Shown here: one piece after another, positions 37,697-50,589 of the stretch
Layout of the letters: each line of letters begins with the position of its first letter
Numbering within the stretch: the stretch's first letter is position 1
Origin: Octopus bimaculoides
Lineage: Eukaryota
NCBI RefSeq assembly: GCF_001194135.2
Contig: NC_068983.1
Span: forward strand, 128,504,600 to 128,568,599
Direction of reading: 5' to 3'
DNA: 64,000 nucleotides
Made by a program: the position numbers and the translations under genes
The notes under the pieces: generated by a model
What the model was told of the DNA's origin: nothing
The model's input: only the letters and a program-made list of their open reading frames with translations
Database searches by the model: none

Positions 37697-37985
37697 TACT
37701 GATATTATCCTGCGTATCCCATTCTGTGTGTGTTCCTGCTTTTTCTTTCTATTTTGTTCATTGTTTCTAAAATTGGTTGATTCTTTCTGCCTCTAAATAC
37801 TCGGAATTATCACAAAGAGTGGTGAGTTGTTTGTCTTCAATTTATTTTCTGTTCTCTTTAGGCAGAATACATATTTTCGAAAATATTTGTATACTTTTTT
37901 CGCTTAGCTATATTCCAACGTGTTTATTTGTATTGAGTTAGCGAGAAGCAGTGTTCGCCATAGTGGTGATGCGTCAACGTAAACA
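37690..37985 (-). mobile_element. Possible 5' fragment of another R4/Dong-like LINE
   Basis: Purine-rich minus strand next to (AAT)n with weak resemblance to R4 N-termini; highly degenerate. Confidence 0.3.
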
Positions 37986-39789
37986 AATTTCTGCACAAAA
38001 TATTTTTTACAAAATTATAAAAGAATTAATAGAAATAAAAAATAAACCTAACAAGCTTGAACAAACAGACACATACTGAGGCAAAAACCAACGTTACAAA
38101 GGACTGTGACAAAATTGATTTATGCATTCACAGCAAACAGCATCCCCCAAAACAACCGCAGCTGCAGCACTAACTGCATTTACAACAATTGCAACTAAAA
38201 TAACAATAATGCTCACACAAATTTTGTCTAGAATAAATATAATTGGTTTTTGAATCACTTTTACGAACATTTTTTGTTCAAGAACACTTTCTGGACATAT
38301 ACAATATGATATAGATAATGACAACAACAATAATAATATTAATAATACATCGGAGATGTGATTCACAACAGGTGATTTCTACAAGCTTGAGGAATATTTC
38401 CAGTTATAGATAAAATGGATTAAACATGCCTCGCCAAGAGTGGGGTTAGGTTTTCCGTTGGGATCTCAAAGGAGCAGATGAGTAATATATGACTTATTTA
38501 TCAGGCAGGAAAATCGCATGTTGGCACCTCAATCATGTTCTAGGCGGATGGTAAGGTGAATCAACAAACGGATATGGTGTTACGTGCACAGCCTAATATT
38601 CTAATGCGTATGCTATTGCGATGCAGGGCCGACAATTAATGGCATTGTTATTGATATTGACGACTTGTTTATTGTCCTCTTTGTGGTATAATACCGAGAG
38701 TGTGTAAATGCAGAAATTACCACCTTTACGACTCCGAACAGGTCCTGAAATTAATAGGACTAGTGCTGAATAGTGACACGTGCTACATACAGAAACAAAA
38801 GCGATGGTATACAGGTTACTGAGAAAGCAGTCCGATTTATACACTTATGTGAGTAGGATGTACTTGAAGGTGTTCGGATCTCAGGAAGCAGAAAGGCAGA
38901 GAGAGAGGAGAAAGGAGAGTTGCAGAAAGAGAGTGAGAGAGAGAGAGAGAGAGGGGGGGGAGAGAGAAGGATGAATACAACATAAACAACAGCAATAGGA
39001 CAGGTTGTAGATCTCCCTTGTGCTCTCAGAAGCTAGGAAATATTTCACTTATCTAGTAATTACAGTACCATCTGTTTGTCTTCAAAAGTGAAGAATTCGT
39101 AGTGAGCGACCAGAGTAAAACGTTTTGCAATTGGTGCAAGCGTCATAAAAGCTCCAGAAATGTAACAAACTAAAACTGATGTGGATGGACTGCTTTTCGC
39201 GGTCATGTTTTTCACGATTGCACAAAGTATCACATTTTTAGGCTATTTGTTTTATGAAAATTATAAAAAAATAAAGTACGTCTAGTCTTCTTAAATAATA
39301 TGAAAAGCCTCACCACATCCAAACGCCCAAATGTTCTTTTGTTGCAGAGAAGTTATGCAAAAATAAGAGGAACCTACCACGCTGATGTTAAAAGATCTTT
39401 CCACGGCAAATAACAAATTGAACAACCGGGGGAAGTGAATGGAGAGCAAGAGAGCTAGTTGAATTAAGTGAGGAAGAAGAGGACACCAAAAGCATTAGTT
39501 GTCTCTGCAAGTGAAAAGCTGCATTAGTATTTTGTGTAGGTTTTGTGGCATGGTCTTCCCCAAAAGTTTTCACAACCATACTCGGTTACATTACAGTGGT
39601 AGGCTAATGTGATAGCGCTCTACACCGGCTTAACTGGTGAGTATTCATCAGCCTCTGTGTGCATAATTCTAGAATTTTTGTCGTTTATTCTCCTGTTACA
39701 TTAAGTATTTTTATATAATTATCAATTTATTCCTCGTTTAATTTACATCACACTTATATTTTTCAATAGCCAGTTATTGATTGAACGTG

Positions 39790-39943
39790 TAATATCTTTA
39801 TCCACTCATTGTTTTTCTCTGTGTTTCTGCATTTGTCTTCACATCTCTAAGAACTATGCCTATGTTATTTTTTCTATAGTAGAAATGAAAGGCACCTTTG
39901 AAACACATAAAAATATTGTTGTTGTTACTATTGCTAGTACTGT

Positions 39944-39983
<40 letters not shown>

Positions 39984-40145
39984 CCTTGGTATTTTCACGG
40001 AGCTTACATTTTATTGCTGAGTATAGCGTGGAAATAAAAAAAAGAGAAAACACATGACGCGGATATATCTGATGGCTATACATAAATATATCTAACATAG
40101 AGTAAACCGGACCAACAGTTTCATCTATATAGACATATAACATGA
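39790..40145. repeat. Second copy of the 35910-36445 repeat
   Basis: See 35910-36445. Confidence 0.75.
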
Positions 40146-40799
40146 TTGATGTTGTTCCTGTACACTCACATGACCGTAGCCTTATATGTTTCTCGTTTCT
40201 TTTAAACTATGACAACGTATATTATACAAATAATTTAGCATCGCATTTAATATTTTGTGAAGGAAGAGAACAATAAAACAGATACATACTCTCGCTGTAT
40301 GTATCTAATCATGTTTTAGCCATCAATATATCACCGGTAAGAACTATTATTTTCCAGAATATTCTAAGATAAAAAAGAATGTCATATATATCTTTTCATA
40401 AAGTTAAGAAGGGAATATGTATCTGGCTGACCGATTTGGCTTTATAAATTTAAAAAGATATTCCGCTAGTAATATATAAAGAATATACGAGTTCGAATCA
40501 CAGGAAATGTATTGCCTCGATCTTCTTTTCTTTGTATGCGTGTGTATATATGTGAGAGTATGCTTGTGTGTGTGTGTACACGCGTATACGTATGTATGTA
40601 TGTATGTATGTATGTACATCTTTATGTGTGTGCTTGTTTGCGCGTTTGTACATATAAAGTGTTACAGTATTCACCCCGCGTTCGTTGTAAAACCTATCTA
40701 TAGATTATCTGATATAAACACATCTCCCTTCTGTTACAGTTATGCTGCGACAGAAAAGAAAGAACACAAGAACATGTAATCTTTGATAGGCTATATATG

Positions 40800-41570
40800 C
40801 AAATCTACTACATATGTGGGAAATTCTGTCTGTGGGTGTGTTTGTGGAGTTGTTAGCTAACTCCTCCTACATCGTTTTATCGATTTTGATGAAACTTGAC
40901 ACGTGAGTAGAACTTATGTGTGGAAACCTCATGGCATAGACTTATTTTTGAAAGAAAAATTGATAATAGGGCCCCTGGAAGGGATCCTTTTATATAACGA
41001 ATATATTTTAACCCATTCATTTTTCTAAATTATTTGGTATAAATCAAATTGAACATGCTTATTTCTTTGTATTCGAACTATTAGAGTTATTTTGCAATTC
41101 ATACAGTGCAACCTTAAACATGTATATAGTATTTCCCTAAATAATTGATCCACTTATTTCGGCTAATGACTTATTCACGAATATACCAACACTAGCGTCG
41201 CTGAGTGTTATATTCTCTGGGAACACACAAAAGCCTTTTTCAGAGTTATGTACTTTGAATTGTTATTATCTCATATCTGATTAGCCTGCTAGTACGTAAC
41301 ATGCTTCACGATTTTAGTATACCGTATTAGTATTTCCTCCTAAGTTCTATATTCTCTGGAAATGCATTAAAGCCCTTTTCGGGGCTACTTTATTTGAATT
41401 CTTACTATCAGGTTACACATTTCATGTTATTACATAACTATCTTCACAATTTGGGTGTTCATAACTTATTGGGAATTCCTAAAAACAAGATCATGTGCAA
41501 GATAGTTCGTTATTCTCAGTAAATGCACAGAAACCGTTTTAAGGGATACATATTTTGTATTGTTGTTATT
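40800..41570 (+). mobile_element. Possible non-autonomous Helitron-like element with internal degenerate tandem units
   Basis: Start ctactacatatgtgggaaattctgtctgtgggtgtgtttgt...cgattttgatgaaacttgacac resembles 5' ends of animal non-autonomous Helitrons (recalled pattern, not searched); 3' hairpin/CTRR not identified. Confidence 0.3.
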
Positions 41571-42013
41571 CGAATAACGAAACAATTATGAGAACGGCAC
41601 CAAGGGATAAGCTCCGCTTACCCCAGAATTACCGAGTACGTCAGCAAATATATAATATAGGAGGAAAATGTTAAGCCTAAAATTGGATTTAATCATTGCT
41701 GAGCGGTATCGATGGTTACCATCAGCAAAATTTGGAATATATCCTTTTAGAATAAAGAAAGCTGCGTTTAATAACGTCGTCTTCTTACACAATATCTGGA
41801 AAACGAAACAAATGTGTGTCAGTAATAAAATGAATTTGGGTTATAAAATGGGTACTCTGTCTAAACAAAGACATAAGCAAATTGCTACGTATTGAATGGA
41901 CATTACTATACTTTAGAATTAAAACCACTGGAAAAGGAATGATTCAAAACTTCTTCGGCTTTATTTACATTATTTACATTTGACGGATATTTTTTCTCAT
42001 CTCGTTTGCTATT

Positions 42014-42059
42014 AACATAACATTTCGGCTGATATACACTCCAGCCTTCATCAGCTGTC
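42014..42059 (-). ncRNA. Type I hammerhead ribozyme motif (best-preserved core in window)
   Basis: GACAG CTGATGA AGGCTG GAGTGTATAT CAGCC GAAA T GTT ATGTT: CUGAUGA and GAAA intact, 5-bp stem II (GGCUG/CAGCC); stem I closing pair mismatched. Confidence 0.7.
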
Positions 42060-42508
42060 TTAAGGAAGTTTCGAAGCTGGGTTCACATTCCTAAGGTATT
42101 TTTCGATGTTATTCTCTACATCTACACAGGAAAGTTAGTTAGTTTGAAAGATGAGCTAGTTTATGATGGAGTGTCTCTATATATCTCCATTGAAGTCTAA
42201 TGTCGGCTTCGTAATGATTAGATAATACAGTTCTATTTCTAACAGATGAGGAATTATGTACCTTATTTACATTAAATATCCGTCAAATGAAAATAATCTA
42301 ATACTGCACATAATTCCTCATCTTTTCATTATAGTACTGTATTATCGAATCGGTACGGAGCCGACATTAGACTTCAATGGAGATATATAGAGAAACTCCA
42401 TCAAAAACTAGCTGGTCTTTCAAACCATCTAACTTTCCTGTGTAGGTCTACAAAAATAACATCGAAAAATATCTTAGGGATGAGAACCCAGGTTCAAAAG
42501 TATCCCCA

Positions 42509-42555
42509 AGAGATCCGATGAAGGCCGGAGGGTATATCAGCCGAAACGTTGTGTT
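42509..42555 (+). ncRNA. Degenerate type I hammerhead motif
   Basis: agagat CCGATGA AGGCCG GAGGGTATAT CAGCC GAAAC GTT GTGTT; core U4>C. Confidence 0.6.
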
Positions 42556-42826
42556 AGCAACAAAAAAGATGAGGACAAATATCCGTCAAATGTAAATAAT
42601 GTAAATAATGTACATAACTCCCCATCTCTTAATTATAGAACTGCATTCTTCGGCTTTCTTTGTACATTTTATTTCTTAAATTTGGGAAATGAATCTACAT
42701 TAACGTTACATTAAACTAAGAAAGATTGCGGTTATATAAATATGTATAATTATATATAGCTATAATATGTGTTTGCATGTATGTTTTTGGACGTGTCGAT
42801 ATGTACGTACGTATGCATGTATGTGT

Positions 42827-43206
42827 GAAGGAGCAATGGCCTACTGGCTAGGGCAGCGTACTCACAATCGTAGTATCGCTATTTCGATTCTCACGCCGGG
42901 CGTTGTGAGTGTTTATTGAGCGACAACACCTAAAAGCTCCACGAGGCTCCGGCAGGGAGTAGTGGTGAACCATGCTGTGTTCTTTCACCACAACTATTTC
43001 ACATACTTTCTTTATGTTTCTGTTATACCTGTATTTCAAAGGGCCAGCCTTGTCGCACTCTGCGTCACGCTGAATTTCCCCTAGAACTACGTTAAGGCTA
43101 CACCTGTCTGTGGAGTGCTCAACCACTTGCAAGTTAATTTCACGAGTAAGCTATTCCGTTGATCGGATCAACTGGAACTCTTGTCGTCGCAACTGACAGA
43201 CTGCCA
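42827..43206 (+). mobile_element. tRNA-derived SINE, family 3
   Basis: A-box-like tggcctactggct, B-box-like atttcgattct; colinear with 61481-61870 along the full length (cacctaaaagctccacgaggctccggcaggg ... ttccgttgatcggatcaactggaac). Confidence 0.85.
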
Positions 43207-44751
43207 TGATGTATGTATGTATGTATGTAAAGGTGTGAATGTGTACTTTAACTTTGACTTGATTTCCTTGTTGGCTTGTGCATGCTGTGCTCGCATTAAT
43301 TCGATGATCTTGATAACTAACCTTTAGTTAAAATTCATGAACCAACAAGTCTGTATGTGTGTGTTTGTATGTGTGAGTTTGTATGTGTGTGTGTGTGTGC
43401 ATGTGTGTGTGTGTGTGCGTGTGTTTAAAATATATTTGTCATTCAAAATACATTGTGAAGTTTCTGTTTTGATTTGCTTTCCTATATAATTTTATCTTTA
43501 ATTCATTACTAACAAACTTAGTCAAGAATCAAGGAGAACAAGAAAAAAAAATCTGAGAATAAAAGTAAAAAAGACAAATTGGTATGCTGTCAAAATCAAA
43601 ATTATTTTCATTCATCCAGAGTTCGCTAGCGTTTTTCCAAAGAGCATCAAATGTCAGCCTAACAGCCGAAACCAATTGTAAGGATGTCGTATACGAAACG
43701 AACATTGATAGATGAGCTATTTTTAATGTATTTTTGTATTTTGTATATTATATATATTTTGATATATTGTGTAATGTATTTTCTTTTATTTCTAATTCAC
43801 TGAAAAATATCATAAGAAAATAATTTTCTGACATTTGGGATTTCTTTTTGTTTGCTGTCCAACAGTCATTGGTTTTAACATGACTCTGTAGTTAGACTTG
43901 TCAAAATGTTATGGACATATGATGACAACAAGCCAAACATCCGTTCGACTATGTTATATTATTTGATTCGTTACAATAAAAACAAAAAGACAGATAATTG
44001 GCATGAACCTCAGTACGTAACTGGTACGTCTTGTATCGATCTTCTGCCATCGTATCTAGGCCTAGCTTAAGTATATTAAGAGAACCGGTTATAAGTCAGA
44101 CACTAGGATCCTTCTCTTTACCTCTCTTTAACGATCTAATAAGATGCAGAGATGTTAGGCTCATGTGTGTGTATAAGAACTGCTGTAAAAATGTTGAGTT
44201 TGAAAGTTTTAAAAACATACTTCGGATTTATTTGAGGATTCACTCTCTAGCTCTGATCACATCAGAGACTGAGGTTATTTACCCCTGCTGAAGAAACATA
44301 ATCCTGGATATGGAACCTAAACCAGTTTCCAATGGCAGAAACCAGATGATGAAGCAGGAATTGAGGGCAGTATATATTTATCGATAACACCAATGAAATA
44401 CAAAGTCTAGAATCGCTTAACTTAAAAAATATTCATAAAAGCAACAGAAGTAAATACTGGCGTCATTCTCACAGTTTATCATGATATTGTGACTCCACCG
44501 TTAGGAATCCAAACACTTTCTGCTCCTCTTTTGCTGCTTCAGTATTCGAATGTGCTGATGTTGGAGCATCGTCATCATGGGTGTTGTCGTTCTTGTCGAG
44601 CCCTTTACTTACTTTTGTCCGGTGGTTCTCTTATCAAAAGTTTAGGTTAGGTTAGCTGAAAGTCCCTTTATTTATGTAAAAGTAAAGCATAATTAATATA
44701 TAATAATGTTATAGATTTGACATTCATTCGCATGTTAGACCTATTACTCAC

Positions 44752-44837
44752 ATCTATATATCACTCGTTGTCGGAGAATTGTTTATTAGATTCTGACAAG
44801 TCAACGAAGGGTTCTCTCCATATATTCGCTCGACTTC
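44752..44837 (-). CDS. Candidate terminal coding exon (EVERIYGENPSLTCQNLINNSPTTSDI*)
   Basis: tttccag|GAAGTC...TAGAT|gtgagt; phase-compatible with candidate exon 46133-46263. Confidence 0.25.
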
Positions 44838-46132
44838 CTGGAAATGTCAACAAAATTTTTCTCATGTCATAATTCCCCGTCTCTTAAAGGGAAGCTGATG
44901 CTGAGGAATGTAGTCAAGATACAGTATGAGCAAAAAATGATGTGATATGAATACCAGGATAAACCTTGATCGTGATTGTGTGATCTGCTTTATGCACATA
45001 GGGAGTTTTCGGCCATCATGCTTTAAAATATGCATCTGTAGTCTTTATTGCAATAGTTTGTCTATAATTTGTTGTCTATAATTATTGCTTATAATTTAAA
45101 TTCCCTGAAATACCTGCCCTAGTGTGAACATTTTTAAACCGACATTATTACTATTTTATCGGTGTTGGTTTGACAGAATCTTCAGAGTGTCTGTGAAGAC
45201 AACTTGCAATATTTCTTGCGGCTTGTTTTTAGTTTTGTATTCAAATTCCTACCGAAATTAATTTGCATTTATATACTTTAGATGCCAATGAACAAAGAAC
45301 CACATAAATACTACTGTCTTTAATATTTTCTAAACACCCCCATCAAAAATATCGATAATCTGTCTATGTTCGAAATAATATATAAATATAGGATATTATT
45401 GTTGCTAACTCTCTATTTGACAACATAATGTGGCTGTCCTGTAAGGGACGATATTATTGTTGCTTTAGCCCCAAGAAAAATCGTTTGTAGCTGGCTATAC
45501 AACACAATATTTTCGAACGAGTTCAGCGCTCTGACCAAGTCTAAAGAAGAAATACTTGTGTAACTCATTTAAAAGTTACATGAATTTTCTATTGATATTC
45601 TTATATTGAGATTGACAATCCTATAAGAGACAATTTTGATGGTCGACATACTAGAACTGAGTAAATTATCATAGATTTGAAGGTAACATATTTTGAAATA
45701 GTAAAATATGTTGTATCATGAAGTCTCTGATTTCAAGAAAGATAATAGGAAAAGTATGGTAAATGTTTGAGCCTCGCTGATCCTACGTTTAAACAACAAA
45801 AATAAGAGCAGATAACTTATTAATGCCATTAACAATTTTATAAATCAGATACAGACTAACTTGTTCTAGATAATAGATTAAACTCTTAAACTGCAGTCAG
45901 AAGCTTAGGGGTTTGGAGGAATATGAAATGCCCCCATAATAGCCACTAATCACAGATTCACGCTGGCTTGGTCTGCAAATAGGTATTAAGAACCAATTTA
46001 TGGGTCAAATAACAGATGTTCATGTGATTAAGGAATTTAGGACACTCGTGTGAAAACATGTCCCACTGGTTTGTTAGCGCACCCTGATTTCCTCAATTAT
46101 TCCTATACCAAAGTGTTTAATAAGTCTCGTAC

Positions 46133-46263
46133 CTTAATGCTAAGCGCAGAAAAGCAGGTGACTAAAGAAGTAAACCGTAAAGAAACCGTGTGAATGTAAT
46201 AGAAAGTTGCTGTTCCATATTTTTCACGAAAAATCATAAATCTTAAACCGTTTGAATGCTGAA
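46133..46263 (-). CDS. Candidate coding exon (alternative acceptor at 46279)
   Basis: ttcatttcctgaacag| or cacag| ... GCATTAAG|gtacga; open frame QHSNGLRFMIFREKYGTATFYYIHTVSLRFTSLVTCFSALSIK. Confidence 0.25.
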
Positions 46264-47250
46264 CTGTGATTACAGTAACCTGTTCAGGAAATGAAACATA
46301 CAAATTATTAGTTTATTTAACGAACATATATAAATGCTTATAATTTAGAAGAGACGAAAATGGCGATAACATCACATCGTTGCCGGTCTTGTGTGTAATT
46401 TGTGGAGTATCGAATCTATTGTAATATATCTGTATATTGTTATGGTGGCTGGTATCATGTGAATGTCATGTGGTGACCTTAAGAGTTACAGCCTCCCTGC
46501 ACACTAATTGTTGTTGTTGTAAACTCCAATCTAATGAATTTATAATCAAAGTAAGTCATTCTGTGAGCGATTCATCTCATTAGTTGTTGGCCTAATATCA
46601 CATGGTGGACCTTATCTAACGTGTGCTTTCACATCATAAAACAATAGCATATGATATGAAGGAGATATAGTTGTTATTTCTAACAAACATATACATACTA
46701 CTCGAGACACATTTTCAATGAACATCATCTGTAAGTATTTCATGCAGCACGTTACTGTGCGTAGAATATCAATTATTTTATATACAGCCACCAGCAGCGA
46801 CATGTGAATAACCCCAATATTTCTCCTGGACGAAGATAGCCGATATATCAAATACTTGCTATACAAATAACTATAAATAACCCTCAGAGAGGATCATCCA
46901 ACAGGAAGTTTTCAACTATGCTTTAAGCAAAATCCCGCAAAACATGATTTTTAGATGTGTGCTATAAATATCAATATTTGGAAAATGACATATTTATGGA
47001 GAAGCAACAGGAGATAAATATTACCTATCTTTGTTTTGAGAATGGAGTGATATGAAAGGCAATGTCAGTGTTATGCCAGAAAAAGGGTCCTCTACTTGTT
47101 GAATCTTCCGAAAGAAATAATATATAAATCCCGCTGAAAATTACACTCTACTGCCTTTGAAAAAGTTCCTGTGATTTCCTAATAAACATAATATCTGAAG
47201 TACACTCTCAGAAAAAAGTGCAATTTTTTATTTGGAAGTCAATCGTCTAC

Positions 47251-47316
47251 CGATATATTCGTTGTTACATTTGAGCGTCGTCGTAACTGGTGGATTTTGT
47301 AGCATATATACTATTT
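47251..47316 (-). CDS. Candidate 66-nt phase 1-1 exon
   Basis: ctccatgtttctcttag|AAATAG...ATATCG|gtagac; open frame (E)IVYMLQNPPVTTTLKCNNEYI. Confidence 0.22.
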
Positions 47317-50300
47317 CTAAGAGAAACATGGAGAACGATGAGAACTCAAATATTTGAGTTTTATATCTGGACACATGTAACTGGAACGTAACTGACCATG
47401 TGTCTGATTCGTGTTTGCAATATCACAAAGTAAAAATGTATATATATACGAAATGTATCAAGTTGTAGTATAACTTGACTGGATATGCAATGTTGACGTT
47501 TACGAGCACAACTTATCCTTAAATTTATTAATCCCATAGTCAACGGCGTTTTAAAAATACAAAAGCTTTTCGTGCGATTCAAATTTGGAAGTTAGACATC
47601 ATGTTTTGCATTTGTCTTCGAAACTGATGCAAGTTGCAGCATTTATACACTTCTTAAAGGAAACATAGATCTTATTACTACTATATTTATATGTCACAAC
47701 ACCAGTAATGTCATTTCAGTAAACACAAAGATCTTGTTACTTGGTAATGGTGTAAATGTAATTTTCCGTACATTTCACTGAAAAGAAAGGAACAATAAAC
47801 GTAAATGAGGTGCAATGAATTACTGTTGCATTATAAGTGCTACGATTCTGTCAAATGTATATATATATATATATATATNNNNNNNNNNNNNNNNNNNNNN
47901 NNNNNNNNNNNNNNNNNNNNNNNNNNNNNNNNNNNNNNNNNNNNNNNNNNNNNNNNNNNNNNNNNNNNNNNNNNNNNNNNTATATATAATGTTTGTTTTC
48001 CTTTTGGAGAGTAAATACCTTACATGTTGAGTAGTCTTAAATGAAAACTATTTCATATACGGAATTTTCTGGTCGTTTCATAGAAAATCTGAGGACGTAA
48101 ATGAGGTGTAAATACCGAATTGGAATCGAAATTATATTGCAACGTCTGCGACTCAGTCTAATTGAAATTCGCTTAATATTTATCTTTCCTTTTGGAGAGA
48201 GAGTAAATGCTACACATTTGGAGTAAAATGAAATATAATTAAAATATTCTATTATCAATCATTTATAATCGGGAATAATATTATAACGGTATTTCAGAAG
48301 TAGCAATTCTGTAGAATTTGCTAGAAATTAGGAAATAATATCATTCAAAGCTATAAAAACCATTATCTAAATTAAAGTAAATAACAGTAAAAACATTAAA
48401 AAAAACGAGTGAAAATAATGGCAGTATAATCAAGATCTATATTTAGATTGAGATTTAAGAAATAAAAATCGTGCAGAAAACCAACGCTTAAAATATTTAA
48501 ATAAATAAAATAAATGAATATTAATTGAATAATAGCAATGATAATTATTATATTAAATATTCATGATACCGAGACGTTTCATATTAGTGCATAAAATGAA
48601 TTTTCATCACATTTATAAAATATTTTTATACTTATTTTTACCGAAATTCAGAAGAAATATTGATTTCTAATAATTAATGTATTTCAGCTGATTTTCGTTT
48701 CTTTAAGATTAAATATCTAAATTAAAAATGGGAGATAGACAAGCCTTGATCTTTCTTATCTGTCATTCTTATCACAACTGCACAAAAATATTTATATTTT
48801 CAATAGGTTCAATTAGAGTATGAAACTGCTATCTTAAGCTGCATAGGTTTAAGAAGATAAATCGATAGAAACTATGACGTGAACCACTAAAATTCCATAA
48901 AATAGCACATATTTTTGTATCCACATCTGAATACGTAATACACTTTCTGTTCGTCTGCCTAACTTTACTCAATTTATATCAATCCATCCTTATATGAATA
49001 TCAGAGTATACTGTTTCATTAAGGGCAGTTTTTGTAGAACACCAGTATGTCCTGATTGTGTTCTGTGTTACAAAATGCGTATTACCACCACTAATATCTA
49101 TCGATGTTTGTGAATTTTATATTCCAGCAAATCTCTTGATTCCGTTCAAGTGTATGTGCATTGTATGAAATTTGGTGACAAGTTGAAATATCATTATGGG
49201 ATGGGTGAACAACGTAGATAGAACCTGTCATACTACTTCTTGAACTTGATAATTCTGACAGTGTGATACCAATGATGTTTTACGAACAGAAATGACATAG
49301 TGGCTATAGTCATCCTACTTCAAGTAGGTTAAATTTATACTGTGAATGCATATTATTATGAACATGAAATATGTTAGGCATGTCTAACCGATAGTTGTTA
49401 TTGTTGCTGTTCAAGCCCTGATCCCCACCGAAAATGGAAATCTATCACCAGAAGCGTTCCAAACGTGAGGTAATGTATCTAAGACTATCTGTGTATGCTG
49501 TATACCATTTTTAATTTAAGAAGAAAAGAAAAAAAACGTATGAGGTTTATATAACTAGATAGATGTTTGCAATATCAACCATATCAAACGATAGCAATGG
49601 TAAATAATTTCTGCACTTGTCTTCCTTTCTTTATATTCTACACCCAACTTCTACTAGTTTTTGTCTTTTGATCAATAAGTACGTAGCTGAGCAGAGTATT
49701 TGTAGCATTTTACTTACCTGTGCTTTCCTAAAGCTTTTAGATCATTGTTTGTCTCTTTTAAAAGTTTATATCATCTTTGATTCTAAGAAAACTGAGCTCT
49801 ATTTTCATTCTCTCACAAAACCGCTTTATCTTTATATACAACATTCAATTCATTGAATTCAATACAGATTAGAGCCACCAAAAACCACTTTTCGTTTCGA
49901 AGATTTAGTAAACATTTTCGAATTTCTGGGAGATACTTTGGAGTGATCCCTGTGTAAAGCTATTGTGACTTTGATAAACATCTACTGCTAAGTTCTATTG
50001 TGCCGTAATGTTAAATAGACTATCATGCACATCATTAGCTCTGGATGTGAAACTTACTTTCGGTCAACTGGAAGTTATACTTAGATATTTGCATATCCAC
50101 AATGTGTATTATTTCTGGATAGCAAGCACGTACTTCAGTTTTGGCGATTTATTTATTACTGTATTCCTGTGTAGAAAATATTTTGTATTAAATTGATTCT
50201 GCATGCATGAATACATTGCCAACATTATTCGAGGAAATATGTAGTTAGTGACAGGAAGCTCTTCCACACAGGCATATATTAAGTAATATAAAGGAATGTG

Positions 50301-50589
50301 ATCGTTCATAATAAACTAAACACAGCTGTCACATTAAAATTGTCAGCTCAAAATCTCACAACCTCATGTAAAAGATGCGCCCTACAAATGAGAGGTTTGT
50401 TTAAAAAACTATCGTACTCGACATTATTTTTTCTTGGCGAATGCAGGGAACGGGATTTGAACTCAAAACTCAGATATAATTAACAACGACAGAAGATATA
50501 TATATATATTTCTCACTGAACTATACTGTACGGTGCGTAAGTACATATGCACTAACACACTGTACAATATAGTTAAGTAATATATATAT

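Larger units (their letters stand above)
41961..42643. mobile_element. ~680-bp palindromic (inverted dimer) hammerhead-bearing element
   Basis: Left arm 41961-~42260 is the reverse complement of right arm ~42305-42610 (e.g. 39/40 match tctctatatatctccattgaagtctaatgtcggcttcgta); each arm has one HHR motif. Confidence 0.88.

Noticed and set aside
39599-39632. Plus-strand mini-exon candidate ANVIALYTGLT with gtgagt donor
   Set aside because: Weak acceptor and no partner exon; it illustrates the chance rate of such signals.
41209-41570. CRISPR-like array
   Set aside because: Units are long and degenerate, not short identical repeats with unique spacers; the context is eukaryotic. No CRISPR array seen anywhere in the window.
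47790-48230. Short local duplication (acgtaaatgaggtg and ttccttttggagag each twice)
   Set aside because: Small, degenerate, spans a gap and shows no functional signature.
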